NCBI GenBank assembly: GCA_046538345.1
Contig: JBKHJB010000002.1
Coordinates: 1-37,854, forward strand
From: Phycisphaerae bacterium
GTDB taxonomy: Bacteria; Planctomycetota; Phycisphaerae; SM23-33
Direction: 5' to 3'
Length of the DNA stretch: 37,854 bases
Shown here piece after piece: positions 8,501 to 15,605 of this stretch; the stretch's first letter is position 1; every line of letters begins with the position of its first letter. Both the position numbers and the translations under genes were made by a program. Under the pieces are notes generated by a model. That model made no database searches and was not told where the DNA came from. It saw nothing but the letters and a program-made list of their open reading frames with translations.

Positions 8501-11294
8501 TGCCGAGCTGTCCGCGATCCATCGCCTTGTCAAACAGCGCCCTGTCGCGGTTGAGGCGATATGCGTAAATTAACGGCTCGCCCTTGCTGACGCTGTAATC
8601 GACCGTCTCCAGCGGCATACTGTAGCTGCCGTTCTGCAGCGTAATCCGCAGTATGCCCCGGCGAGACCCCATGTAGGTAGCGCTATTCTTGGTCGCGCTT
8701 GCCCAGTCAACATTTTTCAGAGCCGGGTAGTACACCCAACTGCGCGCCACAGGTGCGGTGGCATTGATGCCCGAGCGGATGTTGTACTCAACGGCCGCTC
8801 CGAGCAGGCGTCCGAAAGCCGGTGCATCCACCTTGTCGGGAGCGAGAGAGTCCGTGGGATTCTCCACACCCAGCTTGGTGAGCAGCAGCATAGTCCGCGC
8901 CTGGACGGAAAGGTTCTCGAAGTCCGTATGCTCCGGCGTGTCGTGCGGAGTGTCCAGCAGTTCGCGGCGGTCATTGTATGTCGAAGCCGGCAGCAACGCC
9001 ACATTACCCGCGGTCCAGAACTCAGAGTAGTGCGTCGCGCCTTCAGGGACGACCATCGGGAACTCGCTCTGGTCCTCGTCCCGTAACCAGGACCACTGCT
9101 CGTCCCAGCCGGCGCGTATGCCGGCAAAACCCACAACCTTGCTGAATCTCTCGGCCAGTCGTTCCGCATTGCCCGCACCGGCCGGTCCGACGTCTCTGAA
9201 CTCTTTGGCTGTATTCATCCCCACAGACGACGAGCCCTGCGACAAGTCGTAAAGCCATGCCAGAACCGGCTCTTGTCCCTCGGGATGCAGCAAGTCCATG
9301 CATTTACCGACCACCTCGATGTTGTTCTCGTGGAAGGAATGCGTTTCGACTTCCTCAGCAAGCTCCCGCCTTAATCTGTCGGCAAGGTCTTTCTGGGTAA
9401 CATCGTAGTATTGGAAATACTCCCGGTGCTCTTCTTCGCCGAGACGCTGCCAGAACGCCTTGATGCGCTCAGCCCAGCTCCAGCTCTGGTTTCGGAGTGT
9501 CTCGCGACGAATGTCACTGAGGAAGTCCATCCACTGCTGATAGCGGTCGATAACCTTCTGCATCGACGCGTATCGCTCGTCGTGTATCTCCTTGAATTTC
9601 TGCTCGTAGAGGTCCTCGTCCCGCTCGCGGAGGTCGGAAAGCTCGTCTCGAAGCTGCGAGTCGAGCGCTTGCTGACGTTTGATAATCTCCACGCGGGTTT
9701 CGGCGATGGTGACTCGCGCCTTTTCGAGCTGGCGCGGCAGCCAGTCCATACCGAACCACAACGCGACCTCGTCGTCCAGCGGGGCCTGCTCGGCGTCATC
9801 CAGCCAGTCGGCGACAGCCCTGTATTTGGCAATCTTCTCCTGCGGGTCCGCGACAAATGGCGATCCAAGCCCGTCTTCCTTGTTCAGCAGAACATATTCG
9901 CCGAATGTCCGACTGCTCAGCCCGCCGACGTTTTCGGCGTCCAGGAACGCGAAGACTACGCCCTTGCGGCGGATTACCGACTCGCTGGTCGCCAGGTGCT
10001 CCATCGCCGTCAACGCCACGGCTAGATTGGTCGCCACCTTCGCCCCGTGCGGGGCGCCCGGAACGACAGAGACGCTGTCTATGGGCACCTGAACCATGAC
10101 CGTGTCGTCGGCGTTGGGGATGGTCAGAACCTGCCCCGGCTGGAGATAACGCGTTTCGAGGTCGTTGGCCTCGGCTAAGGCGTCGGCGGAAAGAGCGTAG
10201 TCCGAGGCGATGCGACTGAGAAGCTCGCCTTCCTGGATGGGCACCGGGTCTTCCTGGTTTGGTACCAGCAGATCGTCAACACCGGTCAGCTCCGGCGAAT
10301 CCAGTCCGTTGTCCTCCATCAGACGGCTCGGACTCACGCCGTATTCTGTCGCGATGCGGTCCAGCAGATCGCCCCTGCGGACCTCGTATTTGACCGGCTC
10401 GGTGGGCGGAAGGTAGGCGAAGATGGACTCAAAACGGCGGTTGGCGTAGGTGTTGCCGCCTCGCAGCCGACACTCGCTGCCCTGTGCTATCTCCGGCTCG
10501 TCGCCACCGTCGCGATATACCTTGCGCGTAGCGTGGCTGCGGATTTCCCGACCGGTCTCCGCGTCGACATAGAATCGCGGCATCGGCACCGGCGTGTTGC
10601 AGAACAACCCCTCGGCTTTCTCGCGGCTTACGCGGTCGTCCTCCACAACCACCACGGCCCGGGCGCCAAGCGACATCAGACGGTCCCAACGTCGCCCGCC
10701 CTGGAAATCCATCAGGACAATAGCGCCGTCGAGATCCAGCCCCTTGATCTCGTCCCAGTCTCCGATACCCACGTCGATAAGAGGCCCGGAAAGCCCGTCC
10801 TTCGGGCACAGCGAGGGCATCGCACCGTTCGGCCAGAGCGGCTGGAGGACCCAGCTCTCATCCCCGACCGTCAATGTAGCGGGCTTCCCTCTTTTTTCGG
10901 GGTCTTCCAGCCGGTCCAGGGAAACAGGCACAGCCACCCGCCCCTTCAACGAACCGACGTACTCAACACCATCGTCCTGGAGATCCTCTATCCGCTCCAG
11001 CAGATAGTTGTGGATCGGGGCACGTCCCTGCTCGTCGTAGTCGCGAGACCCGATACCAAGGTTGCCGCCGCAGCGCGACAGGATTTGCTCGACCTGTTCC
11101 CGAAGCGCCTCGGCCGAGGTCACCTCCTCGATCTCGTCGAGTGACTCCTGGGAAAGTACGGCCGTGTTATCCAGACGGCGCCTTTCCAGGGATGAGAGTT
11201 CGTCCGCTCGTCGCGCGCTATAGTCGGTCTGCGCCGACGCGGCGACCGCCTGCAAGAGCAGCACGCAGAGGAGGATCGCCGATTTCTTGATCAT
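5553..11294 (-). CDS. Giant (1913 aa) envelope protein. Order of parts: signal peptide or anchor, M28-like/PA ectodomain with 2 LysM modules and a coiled-coil insert, 3 TM, a MacB-like module (TM, ~290-aa ectodomain, FtsX TM triplet), and a 164-aa cytosolic tail.
   Basis: ATG at 11294 with GGGAGAG upstream. N-terminus MIKKSAILLCVLLLQAVAASA/QT. PA-like block LWPNG...GAIVLMDFQGGRRWDRLMSLGARAVVVVED. Two LysM-like blocks (YEVRRGDLLDRIATEYGVSPSRLMEDNGL...LLVP and IQEGELLSRIASDYALSADALAEANDL...QVLTIP). FtsX core VEERKGEVGMLGAIGLSPGQISFLLLSES. MacB-type N-helix LSLGVSNLKKRPARTFLTVFTV. Confidence 0.9.
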   Translation of the reverse strand: MIKKSAILLCVLLLQAVAASAQTDYSARRADELSSLERRRLDNTAVLSQESLDEIEEVTSAEALREQVEQILSRCGGNLGIGSRDYDEQGRAPIHNYLLERIEDLQDDGVEYVGSLKGRVAVPVSLDRLEDPEKRGKPATLTVGDESWVLQPLWPNGAMPSLCPKDGLSGPLIDVGIGDWDEIKGLDLDGAIVLMDFQGGRRWDRLMSLGARAVVVVEDDRVSREKAEGLFCNTPVPMPRFYVDAETGREIRSHATRKVYRDGGDEPEIAQGSECRLRGGNTYANRRFESIFAYLPPTEPVKYEVRRGDLLDRIATEYGVSPSRLMEDNGLDSPELTGVDDLLVPNQEDPVPIQEGELLSRIASDYALSADALAEANDLETRYLQPGQVLTIPNADDTVMVQVPIDSVSVVPGAPHGAKVATNLAVALTAMEHLATSESVIRRKGVVFAFLDAENVGGLSSRTFGEYVLLNKEDGLGSPFVADPQEKIAKYRAVADWLDDAEQAPLDDEVALWFGMDWLPRQLEKARVTIAETRVEIIKRQQALDSQLRDELSDLRERDEDLYEQKFKEIHDERYASMQKVIDRYQQWMDFLSDIRRETLRNQSWSWAERIKAFWQRLGEEEHREYFQYYDVTQKDLADRLRRELAEEVETHSFHENNIEVVGKCMDLLHPEGQEPVLAWLYDLSQGSSSVGMNTAKEFRDVGPAGAGNAERLAERFSKVVGFAGIRAGWDEQWSWLRDEDQSEFPMVVPEGATHYSEFWTAGNVALLPASTYNDRRELLDTPHDTPEHTDFENLSVQARTMLLLTKLGVENPTDSLAPDKVDAPAFGRLLGAAVEYNIRSGINATAPVARSWVYYPALKNVDWASATKNSATYMGSRRGILRITLQNGSYSMPLETVDYSVSKGEPLIYAYRLNRDRALFDKAMDRGQLGTQQQSMTFKLRDGEDEEKNLILADVYPWVFAPGPDPMDYQPIGGTAGDRQDLRVVDAVRNGSPRHYALDNPQLQYSEQDVDSTVLYMSYEQRQLGEGLPGLEDIPGFDPEQYKPERRRARVLAQKSMQYKMLLVGDLPEKAKDQETKEVMDLKGEGYAVGPDGNDRNLVLPLTPLRVAEDMYRIARYRYDLYEQFGIHDSSVYDALERSRAKIDRSRQAAEEHDWQSSVGLAREGWGILVKNLPRILKLGREAVFSAVILMGLLVPASAFLERLVIGGSSIVARLVGTAIIFVLGVVFMKFFHPAFDIAVSPFVVMIAFTMILMALIVLVLSYQRFEVLVRRARAAAGEVEGDEISLMGSLGTALSLGVSNLKKRPARTFLTVFTVTVLTFSIITFVSVRGEDEMHIRPVPLEQDVAGRRVDPLAPKYEGIMFRNFSWTELKDTFVSAVYSEFGPEHEMTTRGYYLEVEGGNNMDREGVNQIKVRHGDRMDIITGVMTFMPNEPDFSGLNEAVSNNEWFRAEDRSRGIPAERFAVILPDNCAEAVGITPDMIYDEDGNRLDEDELPKVLMRNREWRVVGILDTDHADRIRDVNGKSLAMVDYRRSAITASAGSGDIINEKPLYHMSWKDLAIVPHAASDEVQAKNRSVAVRFGGNQDQAQFYKDFALRTNRTVFGTRDGEPALVTAKNVSSIGGLAKIVVPVLLCILIVLNTMLANVEERKGEVGMLGAIGLSPGQISFLLLSESSVFSVLGIVFGTFSGLLFANIVGWVQNVNPEFLAGLSLNFTSLSALGLAMLTGVVVLLATLVPANKAARLAAPSGMGKWELPEPSDHSIHFDLPFTLTRGNAVGMMAFFRRFLLNHTEAASPGFNCRNIELDMLSGEEEALRIRADMWLSPYDLDVAQKMEMKIVPTENEGVFGVQLNLHRFSGTEDAWLRTNYGFMDLVRHQFLLWRNLDNDARMNYITEGAELFRDQHSEIQESG
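6048..7370 (-). other. MacB-like permease module 2 of the giant protein: TM1, ~290-aa extracytoplasmic domain, FtsX TM2-4
   Basis: Hydrophobic RTFLTVFTVTVLTFSIITFVSV, then a soluble segment, then GGLAKIVVPVLLCILIVLNTMLANVEERKGEVGMLGAIGL...LLATLVPANKAARLAP-type FtsX ending. Confidence 0.8.
10116..10388 (-). other. Two tandem LysM (peptidoglycan-binding) modules inside the giant protein (aa ~303-393)
   Basis: Both repeats follow the LysM pattern: Y/I-x-V/-x-x-G-D/E-x-L-x-x-I-A-x-x-Y, then a helix, N-x-L, and a final hydrophobic strand ending in P. Confidence 0.75.
10590..10877 (-). other. PA (protease-associated) domain-like insert in the giant protein (aa ~140-235)
   Basis: LQPLWPNGAMPS...LSGPLIDVGIGDWDEIKGLDLDGAIVLMDFQGGRRWDRLMSLGARAVVVVED matches the PA-domain pattern (G-x-I-x-L-x, R-G-x-x-x-F, K-x-x-x-A-x-x-x-G-A-x-x-V) by eye. 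Confidence 0.6.
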
Positions 11295-11310
11295 CTCAGC
11301 ACTCTCCCGG

Positions 11311-14300
11311 TCAATAGACCGAAGGACTGTAAGGCATGTGATCCTGGAACTGCTTGAGGATGCCCTCGGTACCGGCCTCGCCGACCTCCGCGGAGATCGA
11401 CGCGATCAGGTCCACACAGTTCCACAGGAACACGCACATCACCGCTCCGACCACCAGGCCGATGAAAAACGGCTTCGCTCGCTTGTAAGAATACATGCCG
11501 CCGTACTTGACGACCAGTTTCTTGATAACCCAGGCCACCAGAACACTGCCCCACAGCCAGGAGGTCTCACCGGCGATTCCGGAACCTCCCTTGTAGTAGG
11601 GCGAAACCCATTCGTAATAGACGGACAAAAGCAACAGCATGTATCCCAAGGGGTGGAACGGGAACCGGAGGAACCTGTTGCGAAGGAACGTCAAAACAAG
11701 CAGAGCGCCCGCACCGACCATCATGAAGTGGATCCTCACCCAGTGCGGGTCGGTAAACTGCCCCAGTCCGACCTCGCCCAGGAAGTGAGAGACCCACAAC
11801 GGATAGTGCGCCAGGCCCTGGCTGCTGGTGGGGCCTTGTCCGCTGACGCCGGCATCGGCGCCGGCGTAGAATTCATTTCCGTAGTAGTAGGAAAACGCCA
11901 GGAAGCTCACCATCCCGACCGACAGGGCCACCAGGAACGCCACCAGCCCCGCCACCGCTATTGTTTTGTATTTTACCTTATTCCGGCGGGCCAGTTCAAT
12001 GTTCTCGAGATGCTGCGGGAGCGTCCGGAAAAGCAGCGTCACCGGCAGGAAAACGATGTTCACAAACAACGCGTAAGTCTTGGCGCCGGTGGCGCCGGTA
12101 AGCCCGAATACCATGGGGAACTTGCTGTACTCGTAAGAACAGTGGTGTGTAGGCAGTCCCGTTTCCGCACGGACCCTGGCGCCCGCGATGGTCTGCGCCA
12201 TCACCAGAAGCGCAAACAGCGCCAGGAACCAGGACGACGCCGGCGAAAAGCCCATATTCCACAGCAGCAGCAGGACAACGACCGGTAGAACGATCAGTCC
12301 GAAAAGGTTCAGCCGACGCGGGATAAAGTGGTCGGCCTGAATCTCCGAATCCTGCCGGCGGCCCAGGCGGAAGCTCTTGTAAAGAGTTACCCCGGTGAAC
12401 GCCACCACCGCGCCAAGCATCTGTTCCATGGGGAACGGGAACATCCGTCCCGCGGCCCAACCGGTGTAAACGCTGTCCCGCGGAACCTGATCCATCGATA
12501 TGTTGGTGAAGAAGATTATGAAGCTGTAGATGAAAAACAGCACCCATACCGAGAAGCTGATTTCCAGACTGACCAGGAATGCAATACCGATAACTATCGG
12601 CGAAAGAACAAGCTGGACCTCGTCCATCTCCTTCAGGACACCGGTCTTGAAGACCTTATCGGAGATATTATAGGCCATCAGGTACTCGCGAGAGACCAGC
12701 CCGTAGTGCCCGGCGGCCTCGGCGGTCAACCAGATAAGCCCTATTCCCAGTCCCAGCAGGAAAATGGGATTGAACTGCATTCGCCGTTTGGGCGGATCCC
12801 GCGGGTCCACCGACAGCTCAAGCTCCCAGTCGTGACGGATAATGCTGTCGGCCACGTCCACCAGAGGGAACGCCAGATTCTCCCGCTCCACCCATTTGCG
12901 CCGCAGCCACTCGGCCATGCACATCAGGAACAGAAAGACAGACGTGAACAGCAGCCCCCACATCACCATCGGACGAACCCACAGATGCCACGGCAGGTCT
13001 CTGAACAGCGTTCGAATGTTCTGCCTCAAGGGCACATCCTGCTTGCGTCTCTGCTCGTCGAGCGTCCTCCACAAGCTCTCGTTGAAGCCATCGAGGTTCT
13101 GGTCGGGCGTCCCGCCACTGCCGTCCTGTCGCCGAATCGCCTGCCGCTCCCGCCGGGTGAGACGATAGACGAAACTATTGCGGAGCTGGTCGAACTCCGC
13201 ATCGTCCATCTGCTCGTAGCTGCTGAGATAGTGACTCGACAATCGATCCAATACACGCCGAAAGTCCGAGTCGCTCAAAGAGGTAACCTGTTTACGAATA
13301 TCCTCGAACCGCTTTTCGAGCCACTGTTTCTGCTCGGTGAGCTTCGAGTGGCGCTGCTCATCGAGCCCCTCGACTGTGAAATCGATACGCTCCTTGCTGT
13401 CCACATCGAAGCTCTCGTAATTGACCGGAATCAGACTGGCCGCGAACTCGCTGGTATTGACCAGCTTCTCGGGCAGTTCCTCGGCCGCCTCGGCGCTGCG
13501 TTCCAGGGTCTCCTGATATCGCTGCCGCAACAAGCCCGCCAGCCCCATCCGCTCCAGCGCCTCGCCCGCTTTCGCGCCGCGAGCGCCCTGCTCGTGTCGC
13601 TCGGCCAGCTCGATAATCCTGCGCAGTTGATCCGGCCCCATTCGGCGTATGTTCTCGGTGAGTTCCTCTATCTCCTCCCGGGTCGGTTCAGCTTCCCGGG
13701 CGGTTTCACCCGCCTGAATCGCGTCCAACCTCTCCGCCTCGGCTTGAATCGCCTCCAGCAGGCGTTGAGCGGGCTCGCTAAGCTCATCCAGCACTTCGCC
13801 CTCGGGCGCGTCAACACCCGGCGCCGTTGCGGCTTCTGGGATTCCGGGCTTGGGTTCGTCGGCCCGCTCGGCCGCACGCTCCAGCAAAGCCCCCAACTCC
13901 AGCGACTCAAGGGCATCCGGGTCGGCGACGGCCTGTATCTTCGCGGCCTCGTCGGGAGACAAACCCTCGGCGACTTCTGTGAGTCGCTCAATCCCTTCAC
14001 TGTCGGGTTTGTTTTGACGTGCCTGTTCGGCCTTTTCCAGCCGTATTAATCGCTGCGACTCCAGCAACAACGCGGCCGCCGCCTTTCGGCGGGCCTCCTC
14101 CTGTTCTTTGATTATTTCGTCGTCGCGCAGCAGCCGAAGAAGGCGGTCGGACTTGTTCCACGCCACCCCCTTCTTGGTCGGAACCAGCGGGAACCAGTCT
14201 TCGTTGAGAACGTTGTAGGCGGTCCTGTAGGTGCTGGTGCCCTGCTCGAGATACTCGCGCATCACGGCGTTCATCGTCAGGAAGCACTGCCGCACCATGC

Positions 14301-14559
14301 CGATATTCATAACCGGCACGGAAATGGTGAGCATGCTGTAGAGAATGACCAGACTGGCCTTGCCGACAATCGGTCTGAGAAACCGCAGCACCGCCAGCGC
14401 CAGCACGATACTGAAGATGATTCCCACCGCCCAGCCGACCGGAGTTGCCGTCTCCAGGTCGAGATTGACCGTCATGATCGTAAGGAACTGGCTGAGCGGG
14501 GCGATCAGGGCGATAAGGAACACGCCCACAAGCACCGTCACCACATGTGACAACTTCAT
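11311..14559 (-). CDS. Large polytopic membrane protein (1082 aa): 3 N-terminal TM helices, a ~420-aa charged alpha-helical soluble insert, then an OPT-like multi-TM body
   Basis: ATG at 14559 (MKLSHVVTVLVG...) is preceded by AAGGAAG. The track start at 14598 adds a basic, non-hydrophobic extension. The insert is rich in E/R/A/L (EEARRKAAAALLLESQRLIRLEKAEQARQ...). After it comes the motif WVERENLAFPLVDV and more than 12 hydrophobic helices. Stop TGA at 11311-11313. Confidence 0.85.
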   Translation of the reverse strand: MKLSHVVTVLVGVFLIALIAPLSQFLTIMTVNLDLETATPVGWAVGIIFSIVLALAVLRFLRPIVGKASLVILYSMLTISVPVMNIGMVRQCFLTMNAVMREYLEQGTSTYRTAYNVLNEDWFPLVPTKKGVAWNKSDRLLRLLRDDEIIKEQEEARRKAAAALLLESQRLIRLEKAEQARQNKPDSEGIERLTEVAEGLSPDEAAKIQAVADPDALESLELGALLERAAERADEPKPGIPEAATAPGVDAPEGEVLDELSEPAQRLLEAIQAEAERLDAIQAGETAREAEPTREEIEELTENIRRMGPDQLRRIIELAERHEQGARGAKAGEALERMGLAGLLRQRYQETLERSAEAAEELPEKLVNTSEFAASLIPVNYESFDVDSKERIDFTVEGLDEQRHSKLTEQKQWLEKRFEDIRKQVTSLSDSDFRRVLDRLSSHYLSSYEQMDDAEFDQLRNSFVYRLTRRERQAIRRQDGSGGTPDQNLDGFNESLWRTLDEQRRKQDVPLRQNIRTLFRDLPWHLWVRPMVMWGLLFTSVFLFLMCMAEWLRRKWVERENLAFPLVDVADSIIRHDWELELSVDPRDPPKRRMQFNPIFLLGLGIGLIWLTAEAAGHYGLVSREYLMAYNISDKVFKTGVLKEMDEVQLVLSPIVIGIAFLVSLEISFSVWVLFFIYSFIIFFTNISMDQVPRDSVYTGWAAGRMFPFPMEQMLGAVVAFTGVTLYKSFRLGRRQDSEIQADHFIPRRLNLFGLIVLPVVVLLLLWNMGFSPASSWFLALFALLVMAQTIAGARVRAETGLPTHHCSYEYSKFPMVFGLTGATGAKTYALFVNIVFLPVTLLFRTLPQHLENIELARRNKVKYKTIAVAGLVAFLVALSVGMVSFLAFSYYYGNEFYAGADAGVSGQGPTSSQGLAHYPLWVSHFLGEVGLGQFTDPHWVRIHFMMVGAGALLVLTFLRNRFLRFPFHPLGYMLLLLSVYYEWVSPYYKGGSGIAGETSWLWGSVLVAWVIKKLVVKYGGMYSYKRAKPFFIGLVVGAVMCVFLWNCVDLIASISAEVGEAGTEGILKQFQDHMPYSPSVY

Positions 14560-14617
14560 GCCGCTTCCTTTATGCCTGGCCCGCCATCGCGGGCACACGC
14601 CTATTACGGGTGGGAAG

Positions 14618-15358
14618 TCACTGTTCCTGGTCGATCGAGCCGACCGAGATATTCAGATCCTCACGCTCGACGATCCGCTCGACCTGTCCGTCGCGCAGAT
14701 ATACCACGCGGTCGGAAACGTCCAGCATGCGATGGTCGTGTGTCGCCGAAACGACCGTCACGCCCTTCTCGTCGCTCAGTTCGCTGAGCAACTGAACGAT
14801 CTCGTGCCCGGTCTGGGAGTCCAGGTTCCCTGTCGGTTCATCCGCCAGCAGCAAGCTGGGGTCGTTGGCCATCGACCTGGCGATCGCAACTCGCTGCTGC
14901 TGCCCGCCGGAAAGCTCTCCGGGAAGGTGCTTGAGTCGGTACTCCAGTCCCACGCGAGTCAGCACCTCCGCGGCTCGCTGTTCGGCGGCGTCCTTGTCCA
15001 TGCCCAGTATGCGCATGGGCAACATCACGTTGTCCAACGCGCTAAACACCTCAATCAGGTTGTAGTTCTGGAAGATGTACCCGATGTTTACGCATCGCAG
15101 GTACGCCAGCTCCGGCGCAGAGAGGTCCAGCAGGTTCCTTCCGCCCAGGTGGATGGTCCCCTTGGTGGGAAAGTCCAGGGCGCCTACCATGTTGAAGAAG
15201 GTGGTCTTTCCCGAGCCGGAAGGACCCATCAGTGAGATATACTCGCCCTGGTGGATGTCCAGGTTGATCCCGCTGAGCGCGTAAACGACTGTGTCGCCGG
15301 TCTTATAAACACGCTCCAGGTCACGGGCCTCGATGAGAATCTCGTCGGTCTTTGGCAT
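14618..15358 (-). CDS. ABC transporter ATP-binding protein, MacB/LolD/FtsE-type (ATPase 1, first gene of the operon)
   Basis: Walker [49 protein letters not shown]. The first ATG is at 15358 ([19 protein letters not shown]). The track start at 15436 is TTG and adds an atypical extension. Confidence 0.92.
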   Translation of the reverse strand: MPKTDEILIEARDLERVYKTGDTVVYALSGINLDIHQGEYISLMGPSGSGKTTFFNMVGALDFPTKGTIHLGGRNLLDLSAPELAYLRCVNIGYIFQNYNLIEVFSALDNVMLPMRILGMDKDAAEQRAAEVLTRVGLEYRLKHLPGELSGGQQQRVAIARSMANDPSLLLADEPTGNLDSQTGHEIVQLLSELSDEKGVTVVSATHDHRMLDVSDRVVYLRDGQVERIVEREDLNISVGSIDQEQ

Positions 15359-15480
15359 CGTCTCGTGCGTGTCTTTGCGCCGGGCCGCCGGACCGCTCGA
15401 CCCTGGGGCTTGAATGCAGACAATCGGGGCTTTCAAGTCCGGCTCGCCGCGTCGGAACCGGACACGCTGGATACATCCGG

Positions 15481-15510
15481 CAAAAACGACCGGCCCCTAA
15501 GACCGGTCGT
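15481..15510 (-). terminator. Rho-independent terminator downstream of the GH42-like gene; marks the upstream boundary of the ABC operon
   Basis: Perfect 8-bp stem ACGACCGG (15486-15493) / CCGGTCGT (15503-15510) with a 9-nt loop. On the minus strand it is followed by TTTTT (forward aaaaa, 15482-15486, sharing position 15486 with the stem). Confidence 0.7.
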
Positions 15511-15605
15511 CTCATCGCATCCCTTTCGGAAAGCGTGCGAATCCTAGCATACCTCCAAAGCATCCCGCAAGGCAATCGCGGAAGCAAAACTTGTCGCCGC
15601 TGAGC

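Noticed and set aside
14560-14598. Extended N-termini proposed by the ORF track (e.g. 14598, 15436, 20171, 22622, 32112, 2116, 29919)
   Set aside because: Several of these tracked starts are TTG or GTG codons without an RBS. They add basic, non-conserved extensions or overlap neighbours. Internal ATGs with Shine-Dalgarno motifs give N-termini that match the family consensus.
15359-15480. Promoter for the ABC operon (a TTGAAA hexamer on the minus strand)
   Set aside because: No acceptable -10 element lies 16-18 nt downstream. I could not support a specific promoter call from sequence alone.
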